Below, in pieces: positions 18,632 to 27,794 of a DNA stretch of 64,000 bases. Positions within the stretch are counted from its first letter, which is position 1; each line of letters opens with the position of its first letter. The notes under the pieces were generated by a model. The model ran no database searches, was not told the origin of the DNA, and saw only the letters and a list, made by a program, of their open reading frames with translations. Source of the stretch: an uncultured Gemmatimonadales bacterium. Its GTDB lineage: Bacteria; Gemmatimonadota; Gemmatimonadetes; Gemmatimonadales; GWC2-71-9. The translations under genes were made by a program, and so were the position numbers. The stretch is taken from assembly GCA_963779755.1 (NCBI GenBank), contig CAVZZO010000001.1, forward strand, positions 1,728,001 to 1,792,000. The letters run 5' to 3'.

Positions 18632-19033
18632 TCCCCGGCTCCCCTGTTCCTCTCCCAGCACCACGGTGCACGTAGTATCGAACCCGCCGCGCACGTTATA
18701 CACCGTCCGCACTGTGAGGCTGACCGGCTCCAGCACCCGGAACAGGTCCTCCGCGATGCGGGCGGTCGCGTGTTCCTGGAAGATCCCCACGTTACGGAAG
18801 CTGATCACGTAATACTTGAGGCTCTTGAGCTCGATGCAGCGGTCCTTCGGCACGTACGCGATGGTGAGCCGGGCGAAATCGGGCAGGCCGCTGTAGGGAC
18901 AGACGGCGCTGAATTCGTTCGTCTCGGTGACGATCTCCTGGCGCGGTCCGTCGTAGGGGAAGGTCTCCAGCACCGAGACGTCGATCGTCTCGGGGTTGGT
19001 AAAGGGCAGGGTGCGTCCTTCAGCGGTCGGCAT
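18629..19033 (-). CDS. queF: NADPH-dependent preQ0 reductase (type I QueF)
   Basis: EFSAVCPYSGLPDFA (catalytic Cys and Asp), QueF signature ELKSLKYY, IFQE, NVRGG. Confidence 0.95.
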   Translation of the reverse strand: MPTAEGRTLPFTNPETIDVSVLETFPYDGPRQEIVTETNEFSAVCPYSGLPDFARLTIAYVPKDRCIELKSLKYYVISFRNVGIFQEHATARIAEDLFRVLEPVSLTVRTVYNVRGGFDTTCTVVLGEEQGSRG

Positions 19034-22000
19034 GGATCAAAGATAGTGCCGCCCGGGCGGAATCGAGCATCGGCCGGAACTGGGGATCGGCGTCTCCCCA
19101 GAGCGCCAGGAATCGGCGGTAGCAGATTGCCGCCTCCTCCCGCCGGCCTACCCGCTCCAGTGCCTGGCCCTCCCGCCAGGCTGCAGGGCCGGCATAGGCG
19201 AAATCCGCAATGGACGGCGGCCGCAAGCCCGCGTACCATCCCGCCGCCCGAGCATCCTGGCCCCGGTGCTCCGCCAGCTCCGCCTGGAGCCAGCGGTCCC
19301 ACGGCCGGGAATAGAACGCGGAGAAGCCGGCTTCGGTCGCTTCGATGCCGTCCCAGGATGAAAGAAGCAGGGTCGCGGCCTGGTCCCCATCGCCGGCACG
19401 CGCCACGCGCCACGCCGCCAGACTCTGCCCCAGCACCCGCCACATCTGCTTCGTTGAATCCGCGGGGTCCGGGGGGACCGCAGGCCACGGGTCGCTGGCT
19501 CGGCTTCCGGTTTCCATTGTGATCAGCCGCGCGAGGTACTGCCGGATCATACCCTCCCGCGCCCGGTCCAGATCGAACCAGAAGACGAAAGTCCGGCGCA
19601 CCGGCCTGGTCGGCTCCTGCAGCCATCGCAGCGCGGCACGCCTCCCCGCGGCCGTTACCGAGTCGGCAGGCAGGAATGGCGCCACCCAGAGTTGCGCCCC
19701 GACTGTCGCGGCCGACACCGGTTCCAGCCGTACGGCCTGGCCGAGTTCGGTTTGCATCTCGTCCCAGCGGCCTCGGGCGGCCGCAAGCTCCGCCAGGAGC
19801 TCATAACCGAACGCCCGGATCTCGCCGGTCTGCCGCGGCGAGATCAGCAGCCGGGCCAGCATGGCGGCGATCCCGGGCCGGCCGAAATCCACCGCGGCCG
19901 CCTGGGCGGCTTCGGTGATCTGCCAGGCGCTGGCGGTCTCGAATGCGGCGACACCGGCCGCAATGCGGGCTGAATCCCGCTGTGCCAGAGCCAGGATCAG
20001 CTGAGTGAATGGATCGGGATTCCGCGCCTGGAGATGAACCGTCCAGGTCTGGATATCCGCTGCCGCCTGATCCAGATCGCCGGCTCGCGCCGCCGTACTC
20101 CAGAGATGCACGTACGGCCGCCAATCCGCGGGATCGGCTCGCTGCGCGGCTTCCCAGTAGGGCCGGGCCTCGCCGGGGTCGCGGCCCCGGGCCCAGTTGT
20201 GGTGCCAGAGTACCTCGGCCATGCCGATGTTGGGTTCCGAGCCCAGACGGTCCACGGCGAGCGCCGCATCGAAGCGCCGCTCCGCCTGATCCGCGCGCCC
20301 GTCGGCGAAGAGGCTCCAGCCATCGACCAGCAGGGTCTCGGTCGGGTCCAGCCCGGCGGCGCGAACGCTGGCGGCGTTGGCCAGGATGCGCGCTCGGTCG
20401 CCCAGTCCGAACCAGGCGTTCACCCGCGCCAGCTCGTGCCACGCCAGAACGAAATTCGTGTCGAGCTGCAGCGCCCGGTAGTAGGCAGTAGCCGCTTCGT
20501 CCATGACGAAGTGGCGCGCCAGCTGTTCGCCCCGGAGATACTGCAGCAGCGCCGGCAGTGAGCCGGTGCGCGCGCTTTCGAGACGGAACCGGCGCCGCTG
20601 GAGGACCGGTTCCAACGGGAAGAGGGATCGCGCAATCCCCGCGGCCATGCTCGGGAGATCCTCGAGCGTGCCCGCCGCATCGGCGGTGTGCAGCTGCCGC
20701 CCGCGCGCCTGTGCCTCGCGCGTCCGGGCATGAACAGTGATGCGGCCGCCGGAGGTAGTCAGGGTCGCTTGCAGGAGGACGCCGCTTCCCGGCCGGCTGG
20801 GGAGCGTGGCCGTGTCACCAGGCACCAGGATGATGCCGTCGATTCCTGCGAGTGTCTCTTCCAGCAACAGCTGCAGGGCATTGCCCGCTCCCGCCGGACG
20901 GTCCCCGGCAACGGTCACGGGCGCGATGACAATCCGGCGGGGCGCCCCCGGAGGGGGGCGCCGGAACAGCAGCACTCCCAGTGCCACCGTTGCCGTCGCC
21001 AGCATGGCCACTCCGACCACCAGGCGGCGGCGCTCCCCGGCCGGTCTGCGGGCCTGCCGCCGATGAGCCTGCACAGTGGCGCGCAGCGTGGCATCTTTCC
21101 GGGCCAGAGGAGCAAGGACGCGCGCGGCCGCGCCGTGTAGCCGCCGGCGCGTAGCGGGCGGCGTGCCATCGTAGGCCACCTGGCCGATCGCCTCGCCCGC
21201 CAGGCGGTACAATCCCGGCTGGCCCGGTGATCCCCGCAGGTACCGCCTGGCGACCGCCTCCCCCAGGGCATCGGCGAAATTGTCCGCGTCGATCCCGCTG
21301 ACGCGCGCGAGGAGCGCGGCCGGAACCTCTCCTCCGAGGATGGCCGCCGCCTGGACCACACTTCGTGCCTCGGATGAGAGCGCATCGAAGCGTCGTCGCA
21401 ACCGGGTGCGCAGATCGGCGGCCAGCGGGAGCCGTCCGGATGGCAGCGCGGGCGCCGCCCGCCAGCGCCCGTCGGGGCCGAGCAGCAACAATCCCTCGTC
21501 CGCCAGCAGCGTAGCGGTGCTGATCACGAGGCCCGGGTTTCCGCCCGTTTCCCGCACCAGCCGCTCGGCCAGATCCCGTCGGTCTTCCGGGTCAAATTCG
21601 CCCATGCCGGCCAGCATCTGTTCCACGCCCACCCGGTCCAGCGGCTCCAGGGGTACCCGCCGCATCGGGATGCTGCCCGAGGGGGGAACCGGGAGGCCCG
21701 CGGGAAGGCTCAGGATGAGCAGCACACCGGGGACCGGGCGGCGCAGGAGGGATTCGATCAGTTGCCGGCTGGAGGCATCCGACAGGTGGAAGTCATCCAC
21801 CGCCGCCAAGACTGGCGACTCGGCAGCCACTTCGGCAAGCACGCGCCCGACGGCCTCCGGGAGCTCATCCGGGGGCGGCGCGGAGCCGGCCGGGTAGCGC
21901 TCCGCGAACTCGGGAAACCGACTGGCCAGCGTCTGGAGTGCGCCGGGCGGAGCGGCGGCGATCCCGGGAGCCGCCGCCAACGGCGCGAGAAGGTGACGGG

Positions 22001-22859
22001 CGAGAAGGAGATCGCGGTGCTGTTCCGCTTCATACCCGCGGCTCTGCAGCACGCAGGCCCTGGGTGCTCGTGCCGCCGCGAACCGGAGGAACTCTTCGAG
22101 CAGTCGGCTGCGCCCGGTGCCTTCCTCTCCGGCTACCAGAGCCAGGCCCGGCCCCCCACCCAGGACCGCATCCCACATCCCACCCAGGATCTGCATCGCC
22201 GGTTCCCGTCCGACCATATCGGGAGTCAGCAGGGCTCGGCTGTCGCCCGCAGTCCGGCGGTTGGATGGCGTCAGTCGTTCCAGGCGCGCTAGCGCCGCCG
22301 CGGCGTCGGGATCTTCCGGAAGAGCCTCCTGCCAGCGTTCCGCATGCGCGACGGCGGTGCGCCAGTCCCCGCGCTCCTCGGCGGCGGAAACCAGTGCCGC
22401 TCCCAGCCGGGCGCGGCGCCGCTGCAAGGCTGCCCGCTGGCCGTCAATCCAGGTCCGGAGCTCTTCCCCCACCCAGAGCTCCGCTCCCGCCGCGAACTCG
22501 CCGGTCCAACGATGCTCCGCTTCCTCGTATCGTCCGCCCTGCACGTCCTGCTCGAACCGGTTGGCGTCGAGCAGGACGACACCTCGGGGCAGTTGCACGG
22601 TGCTCTCGTCCGCCTCGATCACCTCGCCGACGGCTTCCCGCAGAGCAAGAATTGCCTGCCGCAGGCTCTGCCGGGCATGGCTCTCGTCCGCCTCCGGCCA
22701 GAAGAGGGCCGCCAGTTCGGACCGCGGAATCCGGACCTCCTCCCGGCGGGCCAGGTACACCAGCAGGAGCAGCGGCTTGCGGCGGCCGCTGAGCCGGGGA
22801 ACCTCGTCCCGGAGGAGCTCAAGCTCGCCTAGCGAGCGGAGCCAGAACGTTGCCGTCAA
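19020..22859 (-). CDS. SARP-type wHTH-BTAD regulator with STAND/AAA ATPase, one TM helix and C-terminal TPR-like region
   Basis: LRSLGELEL, LLLVYLA, RSELAALFWPE...ARQSLRQ; VGRE...GEEGTGRS (Walker A-like); VDDFH (Walker B); TGGNP; TM LVVGVAMLATATVALGVLLF; ALQLDTNFVLAW TPR. TTG start at 22859 is likely (track start 22946). Confidence 0.85.
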   Translation of the reverse strand: MTATFWLRSLGELELLRDEVPRLSGRRKPLLLLVYLARREEVRIPRSELAALFWPEADESHARQSLRQAILALREAVGEVIEADESTVQLPRGVVLLDANRFEQDVQGGRYEEAEHRWTGEFAAGAELWVGEELRTWIDGQRAALQRRRARLGAALVSAAEERGDWRTAVAHAERWQEALPEDPDAAAALARLERLTPSNRRTAGDSRALLTPDMVGREPAMQILGGMWDAVLGGGPGLALVAGEEGTGRSRLLEEFLRFAAARAPRACVLQSRGYEAEQHRDLLLARHLLAPLAAAPGIAAAPPGALQTLASRFPEFAERYPAGSAPPPDELPEAVGRVLAEVAAESPVLAAVDDFHLSDASSRQLIESLLRRPVPGVLLILSLPAGLPVPPSGSIPMRRVPLEPLDRVGVEQMLAGMGEFDPEDRRDLAERLVRETGGNPGLVISTATLLADEGLLLLGPDGRWRAAPALPSGRLPLAADLRTRLRRRFDALSSEARSVVQAAAILGGEVPAALLARVSGIDADNFADALGEAVARRYLRGSPGQPGLYRLAGEAIGQVAYDGTPPATRRRLHGAAARVLAPLARKDATLRATVQAHRRQARRPAGERRRLVVGVAMLATATVALGVLLFRRPPPGAPRRIVIAPVTVAGDRPAGAGNALQLLLEETLAGIDGIILVPGDTATLPSRPGSGVLLQATLTTSGGRITVHARTREAQARGRQLHTADAAGTLEDLPSMAAGIARSLFPLEPVLQRRRFRLESARTGSLPALLQYLRGEQLARHFVMDEAATAYYRALQLDTNFVLAWHELARVNAWFGLGDRARILANAASVRAAGLDPTETLLVDGWSLFADGRADQAERRFDAALAVDRLGSEPNIGMAEVLWHHNWARGRDPGEARPYWEAAQRADPADWRPYVHLWSTAARAGDLDQAAADIQTWTVHLQARNPDPFTQLILALAQRDSARIAAGVAAFETASAWQITEAAQAAAVDFGRPGIAAMLARLLISPRQTGEIRAFGYELLAELAAARGRWDEMQTELGQAVRLEPVSAATVGAQLWVAPFLPADSVTAAGRRAALRWLQEPTRPVRRTFVFWFDLDRAREGMIRQYLARLITMETGSRASDPWPAVPPDPADSTKQMWRVLGQSLAAWRVARAGDGDQAATLLLSSWDGIEATEAGFSAFYSRPWDRWLQAELAEHRGQDARAAGWYAGLRPPSIADFAYAGPAAWREGQALERVGRREEAAICYRRFLALWGDADPQFRPMLDSARAALSLIHADR

Positions 22860-22931
22860 TTGATTGTGAGATAAGAGATTGACGCCGCGATTCACGGCCG
22901 TTTGGCGTCGCCCGGCTAATATGCCGCCCGC

Positions 22932-23135
22932 ATGAACACCCCGCAACCATCACCCGCCGATGCGGCCACCGAACCGGGTTCCATGCCGGGGTACTTCATG
23001 GTCCGCGCGCGGATGGCGCCGGGACTGGGTCCCTGGCGGGTCACCGGCGTAGTCGAACGCCTCGGTACCGGAGAGAAACGAGCCTTCGCATCCGGCCTGG
23101 AGCTGGCCCGGATGATCGAGGAATGGAGTCGCTGA
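22932..23135 (+). CDS. Small hypothetical protein (67 aa), divergent from the BTAD regulator
   Basis: Compact ORF with YFMVR...GVVERLGTGEKRAFASGLELARMI pattern and GC3-biased codons; lies just upstream of the lipoprotein gene. Confidence 0.65.
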   Translation: MNTPQPSPADAATEPGSMPGYFMVRARMAPGLGPWRVTGVVERLGTGEKRAFASGLELARMIEEWSR

Positions 23136-23155
23136 CGATCAGAACGGAGCTACCG

Positions 23156-24958
23156 ATGACGTACATCCGCCCCCGACCGCTCGCGCTGGTGCTGCTGTTT
23201 GCCCTGGCCTGTGGCGGCGACAGCCCGACCGGCGGCACGGCCGGCGGCAACATCAGCCTGGAGACCTCGAAAGCGGTGAGCGACAGCATCGGCCCGGCGG
23301 GCGGGACGCTCACGGCGCGCGCCGCGAGCGGCGTGACCTACACTCTCACGATCCCGTCCGGCGCCCTCATGACGGCGGCGAAGATCACGCTGACGCCGAT
23401 CGCGGCGCAGCAGAACCTGCCGGTGAGCGGCGGGTTTGCCGCGGGCGTGGATCTCGCCCCGGTGGGGCTGCATTTCGCGCGGGCGGCGCAGCTGACGGTT
23501 TCACCGGCGCCCACACCGCCCGCCGGCATGGTGGCCGCCGCGGTCAGCTTCGAGGGCGACGGCGACTCGCTGGGCCTGACCACGCTGGCGGCAGGGCAGG
23601 GCAACCTCATCGCCCAAGTGACGCACTTCAGCGGCGTGTCGGTGGTCTTCGGCACCACGGCAGATCTGCAGATCCTGGCCGGTCAGGTAGGGACGGGGAT
23701 CGCCAGTCAGTCGTTCATCAACCAGCTGGTGGCGTTGGGCTTTCCTGGCGGGATACCCGGCAGCCAGCCCATTCCGGCCGCATTGCCGATTCTGCAACAG
23801 TGGTTCAGCAGTGTGATCCTTCCCGAGTTGCAGGGGGCGAGAACCGATGCCGAGCTGCTGCTGGCGGTAGGCGACTACGACGAATGGGCACAGAGCGCGG
23901 AGTTGTACCTGCTAGGGACCATTCCGATCGCTGGAGGTCTGACTCCGCCCAGGACTCCCGCGGCGCTGGGGACGGAGGCGGGGCAGGCGTCCAGCGCCGC
24001 CGCCGCCTCGCTGCGCCAGGCGATCGCGGGCAACAACAGCGTGTGCCTGACGCAGCACAATTTCCAGGCGCTCATGAACGTGCTGTACTGGCAGGGCTAC
24101 GCCACCTACTTCGGGGTGGCTACGCCGGCGGAACAGCTGGATGTGCCCAGTCTGCTCCCGGGCCTCTGTGCCCGGTTCGTGGCCGAGAGCGTCGGGCTGG
24201 TGGATCCGCTGCCGCTGGGGCAGACGGTCTCGTTCGATCAGGTGTGGGCAGTGGAGATCGGGAGCAGCCCGCCGCTCATTCCCGCCGATTTCCAGGTGGA
24301 TATCGGCGTGACCGGCCCGGTCACGGTGGCGACGCCCGGCGGCTTTACCGGCCCCGATCCTCAGGGTGGCGCCATCACGCAGGGCTTCTACACCACGGTA
24401 GTCAGCGGCCAGCAGCCGGGGAATGCCACCTTCGACGTGCAGGCCTGCCTGATTTCGCCCTTTGCCGGGCTGGGGACGCCCCAAGGCAGCGGCTTCTGTG
24501 GTGTCACGGGCGTGGTACGCCAAGTGGGAGGCAACGCGAATCTGGCTGGCACTTGGGTCGGGGGTGTGACATTTGGCTGCGGCAATACAGCGCTTGCCTC
24601 CCTACCCCTCACTGTCGAAGTGCAGGGAAATCCCCAGGCAATCTCCGGCACGTGGGTGCTCGGGTCGGGAAACTGCGCGCCTGGCGGCCTCCATGGGACG
24701 TTCACCGCGACCATGAGCGGGAATCAGGTGCTGACTTTCACCATGACAAGCACGGATGCCTGTGGCGGTCCCAGCTCATCCCAGGTGACTGCGACGGACG
24801 GGACTTTCGACCTGTTTGGCGGCGCGGACAACAAGTTCCTGACGATACGAAATAATGTCGGTTTCAACGACGGTAGCGGACCGCAGGGCTCGTTCTTCTG
24901 CGCGGGCCAGTGGGATATAGGGCCCACTGGCGTCGGGTTTCAGGGACCACAGCCGTGA
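23156..24958 (+). CDS. Lipoprotein with ZU5-like N-terminal beta domain and Cys-rich C-terminus
   Basis: GGAG RBS before ATG 23156; lipobox LALAC; IGPAGGTLT...LTIPSGAL...ITLT...HFS pattern. Confidence 0.75.
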   Translation: MTYIRPRPLALVLLFALACGGDSPTGGTAGGNISLETSKAVSDSIGPAGGTLTARAASGVTYTLTIPSGALMTAAKITLTPIAAQQNLPVSGGFAAGVDLAPVGLHFARAAQLTVSPAPTPPAGMVAAAVSFEGDGDSLGLTTLAAGQGNLIAQVTHFSGVSVVFGTTADLQILAGQVGTGIASQSFINQLVALGFPGGIPGSQPIPAALPILQQWFSSVILPELQGARTDAELLLAVGDYDEWAQSAELYLLGTIPIAGGLTPPRTPAALGTEAGQASSAAAASLRQAIAGNNSVCLTQHNFQALMNVLYWQGYATYFGVATPAEQLDVPSLLPGLCARFVAESVGLVDPLPLGQTVSFDQVWAVEIGSSPPLIPADFQVDIGVTGPVTVATPGGFTGPDPQGGAITQGFYTTVVSGQQPGNATFDVQACLISPFAGLGTPQGSGFCGVTGVVRQVGGNANLAGTWVGGVTFGCGNTALASLPLTVEVQGNPQAISGTWVLGSGNCAPGGLHGTFTATMSGNQVLTFTMTSTDACGGPSSSQVTATDGTFDLFGGADNKFLTIRNNVGFNDGSGPQGSFFCAGQWDIGPTGVGFQGPQP

Positions 24959-25074
24959 TCAGTGATTGTTGGCTCGCTCCCTGGGCGTCGTGCACGCTTC
25001 TGCTCTTGGCGGTGGCCTGTGGCAGTGGCGACAGCACCGGCCCGGTTGATGGAGAAGTGGCTGCCATACAGTAA
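24955..25074 (+). pseudogene. Remnant lipoprotein ORF (39 aa; signal peptide plus a few residues)
   Basis: GTG overlaps the upstream TGA; translates VISDCWLAPWASCTLLLLAVACGSGDSTGPVDGEVAAIQ*, with a lipobox LAVAC. Confidence 0.5.
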
Positions 25075-25111
25075 GCCCGGTACTGCAGGCCCCATTCTCC
25101 GGAGCACTACC

Positions 25112-25562
25112 ATGAGTTTCCTGTTCCGTCTCGGTCGTGCCACCTGGTATCCCCCCCCCCGGCACGGCCGCTGCCGCCTGTGTCCTTACGCTGGCGCTGC
25201 CGGCCTGTGGCGGCGACAGCCCGACCGGCGGCACTGCCGGCGGTAAGATCAGCCTGGAAACGTCGAAAGCGGCAAGCGACAGCATCGGGCCGGCCGGCGG
25301 GTCGCTCACCGCACACGCCGCGAGCGGCGTGACCTACACGCTGACGATTCCGGCCGGCGCACTGATGACTACCGAGCGGATCACGCTCACCCCGATCGCG
25401 GCGCAGAAGCATCTCCCGGTGAGCGGCGGGTTCGCCGCCGGGGTGGAGCTGGCGCCGGCCGGGTTGCACTTCGCCCGCGCGGCGCAGCTCACGGTCGCTC
25501 CGGCGCCGGCGCCACCGGCCGGCATGACGCGGACCCATCCCCTAGAAAGGGATGCGGAATAA
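25112..25562 (+). pseudogene. Frameshifted, 3'-truncated paralog of the 23156-24958 lipoprotein
   Basis: ACGGDSPTGGTAGG...PAGM is near-identical to the N-terminal ~110 aa of the upstream lipoprotein. GGAG-ATG at 25112 is out of frame at a C10 run (25151-25160). Confidence 0.8.
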
Positions 25563-25582
25563 CCGCCGTGGTACTGGACGAT

Positions 25583-25655
25583 AGGAATCAGGGACCGGGG
25601 CCATCGCGCTCAGGGGCGGAAGGCCCTGGTCCCCGGTCCCTGATCCCTGCTCCCT
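25583..25655. repeat. Mirrored heptamer-type repeats forming a hairpin at a convergent junction
   Basis: aggaatcagggaccggggcc ... ggccctggtccccggtccctgatccct. Confidence 0.65.
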
Positions 25656-27525
25656 ACAGATCCCCCACGATCCCCTTCTCCAGCCAGGCGTACCGCCCTT
25701 TCATGAGGTCCTGGGCGGCGCGATAGGTCGCGTCGTCCTCGTTGGTGCCGATGGCCTGGAAGCGCTCGTCCACCCGGGCCCGGCTGTGGCGGCAGAAGAG
25801 ATCCGCCAGCTCCACCGGCGAGCGGTCCTGCGGATTCTTTTTCACCAGCGCCTGCGCCCGGGCGCAGACGGCGCTGATGGCCAGCAGTTCCGCCCCGATC
25901 TCCACCATCCGGCCCAGCACCGCCTGCTTCTTCTCCAGCCGCGGGCCGAAGCGGATCATGCTGTGGAACAGGGTTCGCGCCAACTTGCGGGAGGCACGGT
26001 TGACGAACCGGAGGTGGGTCGCCAGCGGGCCGAACTCGCCGTAGCGCGGCCACCAGCCCCAGCCCAACCACTGCTTGGGGTACCACCAGGCATAGAATGC
26101 ACCCGCCCGGAACAGCGCCGCCACCTTCCTGCCGGCCGATGCCTTGGGATCGACCAGGTCGCCCGCCACCCGCAGATGGGTGTCCACCGCCTCGCGGGCG
26201 ATGAACAGCCGCATGATCTCGCTGGACCCCTCGAAGATCAGGTTGATCCGGAAGTCGCGCATGATGCGCTCGACCGGGTCGGGCTTGTCGCCCCGGCTGC
26301 GCAGGCTGTCGGCCGTCTCGTAGCCGCGGCCGCCCTTGATCTGCATGGTATCGTCCACGATGCGCCAGCCGAGTTCGGTGTTCCACATCTTGGCCATGGC
26401 GGCCTCGAGGCGGATATCGTAATTCCCCTTGTCGGCCATGAGGGAGGCGAGATCGCTCACCGCCTCCATGGCGAAGGTGTCGGCCGCCATGCGCCCGAGC
26501 TTCTGGGCCACGGCATCGTGCTTGCCCACCGCCGCTCCCCATTGCACCCGCTCGGCGGCCCATTCCCGGGAGATCTGCAGGCAGCGCTTCGCGCCCGCCA
26601 CCGCCGATGCCGGCAAGGTCAGCCGGCCGGTGTTGAGCGTGATCAGCGCGAGCTTCAGGCCCTTGCCCTCGCCCCAGATCACGTTCTCCTTCGGCACCTT
26701 CACATCCTTGAAGCTGATCACGCCGTTCTCGATGGCCTTGAGCCCCATGAAGTGCAGGCGCTCCACCACTTCGACGCCGGGCCAGTCGGTTTCCACGATG
26801 AACGCCGTGATGCTCTTCGGGCCGGTACGGGCCATCACCACCATCAGCTCCGCGATGGTCCCGTTGGTGCACCAGAGTTTTTCCCCGTTCAGGATGTAGT
26901 GCGATCCGTCGGCCGAAAGCACCGCGTTGGTGGCCAGGCCGGCCGGATCGGAGCCCACGTTCGACTCCGTCAGCGCGAAGGCCGAGACCGCTCCCGCCGC
27001 TAGCCGGGGTAGGAATTTCTTCTTCTGCTCGGCGGTGCCGAAGAGCTTGAGCGGGGTGGGGACGCCGATCGACTGCGCCGCCGAGAGCAGCGCCGTGAGG
27101 CTGCCGTCCTGGCTGGTGACCAGCCCGATGGCGTGGGTGTAGCTGGTCTGGCTCAGCCCCAGCCCGCCGTATTCTTCCGGAATCTTGATGCCGAACGCGC
27201 CCAGGTCCCGCAGGCCCTGGATGACCTCAGGGGGGATCTTGCCTTCGCGGTCGACCTTGTCGCTGTCCACCTGCTCGCGCATGAACCGCTCGAGTTTCTC
27301 CATGAAGGGGCGGGCGCGTTCCACCTCGGCGGGATCAATCTCGGGGAAGGGATGCACCAGCTCGAGCCGGAAACGGCCCTCGAACAGCTCACGAACGAAG
27401 CTTGGCGCCTTCCATTCTTTTTCGCGGGCGGCTTCGGCCACGTCCCGGGCCTCACGCTCGCTGGCCAGCGGCGCATCGGGCGGGCGAGACTCCTGCCTGG
27501 GCTTCCGCGCAACGACGTCAGTCAT
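25654..27525 (-). CDS. Acyl-CoA dehydrogenase (long, ACAD9/FadE10-like)
   Basis: IPEEYGGLG, AFALTESNVGSD, LNGEKLWCTNG, LNTGRL, QIKGGRGY and IFEGSSEI motifs. GAGGGG RBS precedes ATG 27525. Confidence 0.93.
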   Translation of the reverse strand: MTDVVARKPRQESRPPDAPLASEREARDVAEAAREKEWKAPSFVRELFEGRFRLELVHPFPEIDPAEVERARPFMEKLERFMREQVDSDKVDREGKIPPEVIQGLRDLGAFGIKIPEEYGGLGLSQTSYTHAIGLVTSQDGSLTALLSAAQSIGVPTPLKLFGTAEQKKKFLPRLAAGAVSAFALTESNVGSDPAGLATNAVLSADGSHYILNGEKLWCTNGTIAELMVVMARTGPKSITAFIVETDWPGVEVVERLHFMGLKAIENGVISFKDVKVPKENVIWGEGKGLKLALITLNTGRLTLPASAVAGAKRCLQISREWAAERVQWGAAVGKHDAVAQKLGRMAADTFAMEAVSDLASLMADKGNYDIRLEAAMAKMWNTELGWRIVDDTMQIKGGRGYETADSLRSRGDKPDPVERIMRDFRINLIFEGSSEIMRLFIAREAVDTHLRVAGDLVDPKASAGRKVAALFRAGAFYAWWYPKQWLGWGWWPRYGEFGPLATHLRFVNRASRKLARTLFHSMIRFGPRLEKKQAVLGRMVEIGAELLAISAVCARAQALVKKNPQDRSPVELADLFCRHSRARVDERFQAIGTNEDDATYRAAQDLMKGRYAWLEKGIVGDL

Positions 27526-27762
27526 ACTCATTCCCCTCGTGGGTTGGCCTGAATGCCGGTTTCCCCGTTCCGCACACTGCCCCTTGATTAAAGAAAGGGA
27601 GCCCCCCGGCAAGTGGAAAGGAGGAAGCTCCCGCCGGGTGAGGTACCGGGTCGCGGCCACCCGCCGAGCCCGGGTGTAAGCGCTGCATCAACAGGGAGTT
27701 ACGGACACCCTTGAGGCGGGACCTGCGATCTGGCCCGGCCGGTGGCTGCAGGGCTATTTTAC

Positions 27763-27778
27763 GAGACCGATCGGTCTC
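27763..27778. promoter_or_regulatory. Perfect 16-bp palindrome GAGACCGATCGGTCTC; probable TetR autoregulatory operator
   Basis: Lies 16 bp upstream of the TetR ATG; AGACC-N-GGTCT resembles NemR/LmrA-type boxes. Confidence 0.7.
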
Positions 27779-27794
27779 TACAGGGGGAGTCGCC

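Noticed and set aside
19033..19120. preQ1 riboswitch upstream of queF
   Set aside because: The upstream DNA is the coding 3' end of the BTAD gene, and no preQ1 stem or A-rich tail is visible.
23205..25525. Duplicated segment as a DGR template/variable repeat pair
   Set aside because: Differences are mostly synonymous and not adenine-specific, the repeat covers the N-terminus, and there is no reverse transcriptase in the window.
19020..25562. Accessory island as a prophage or integrative element
   Set aside because: No integrase, transposase, tRNA target or flanking direct repeats were seen.
27540..27720. Structured ncRNA or riboswitch in the acyl-CoA DH/TetR intergenic region
   Set aside because: Only generic GC-rich pairings are present, with no recognisable family motif. 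An Rfam/Infernal search would be needed to decide.
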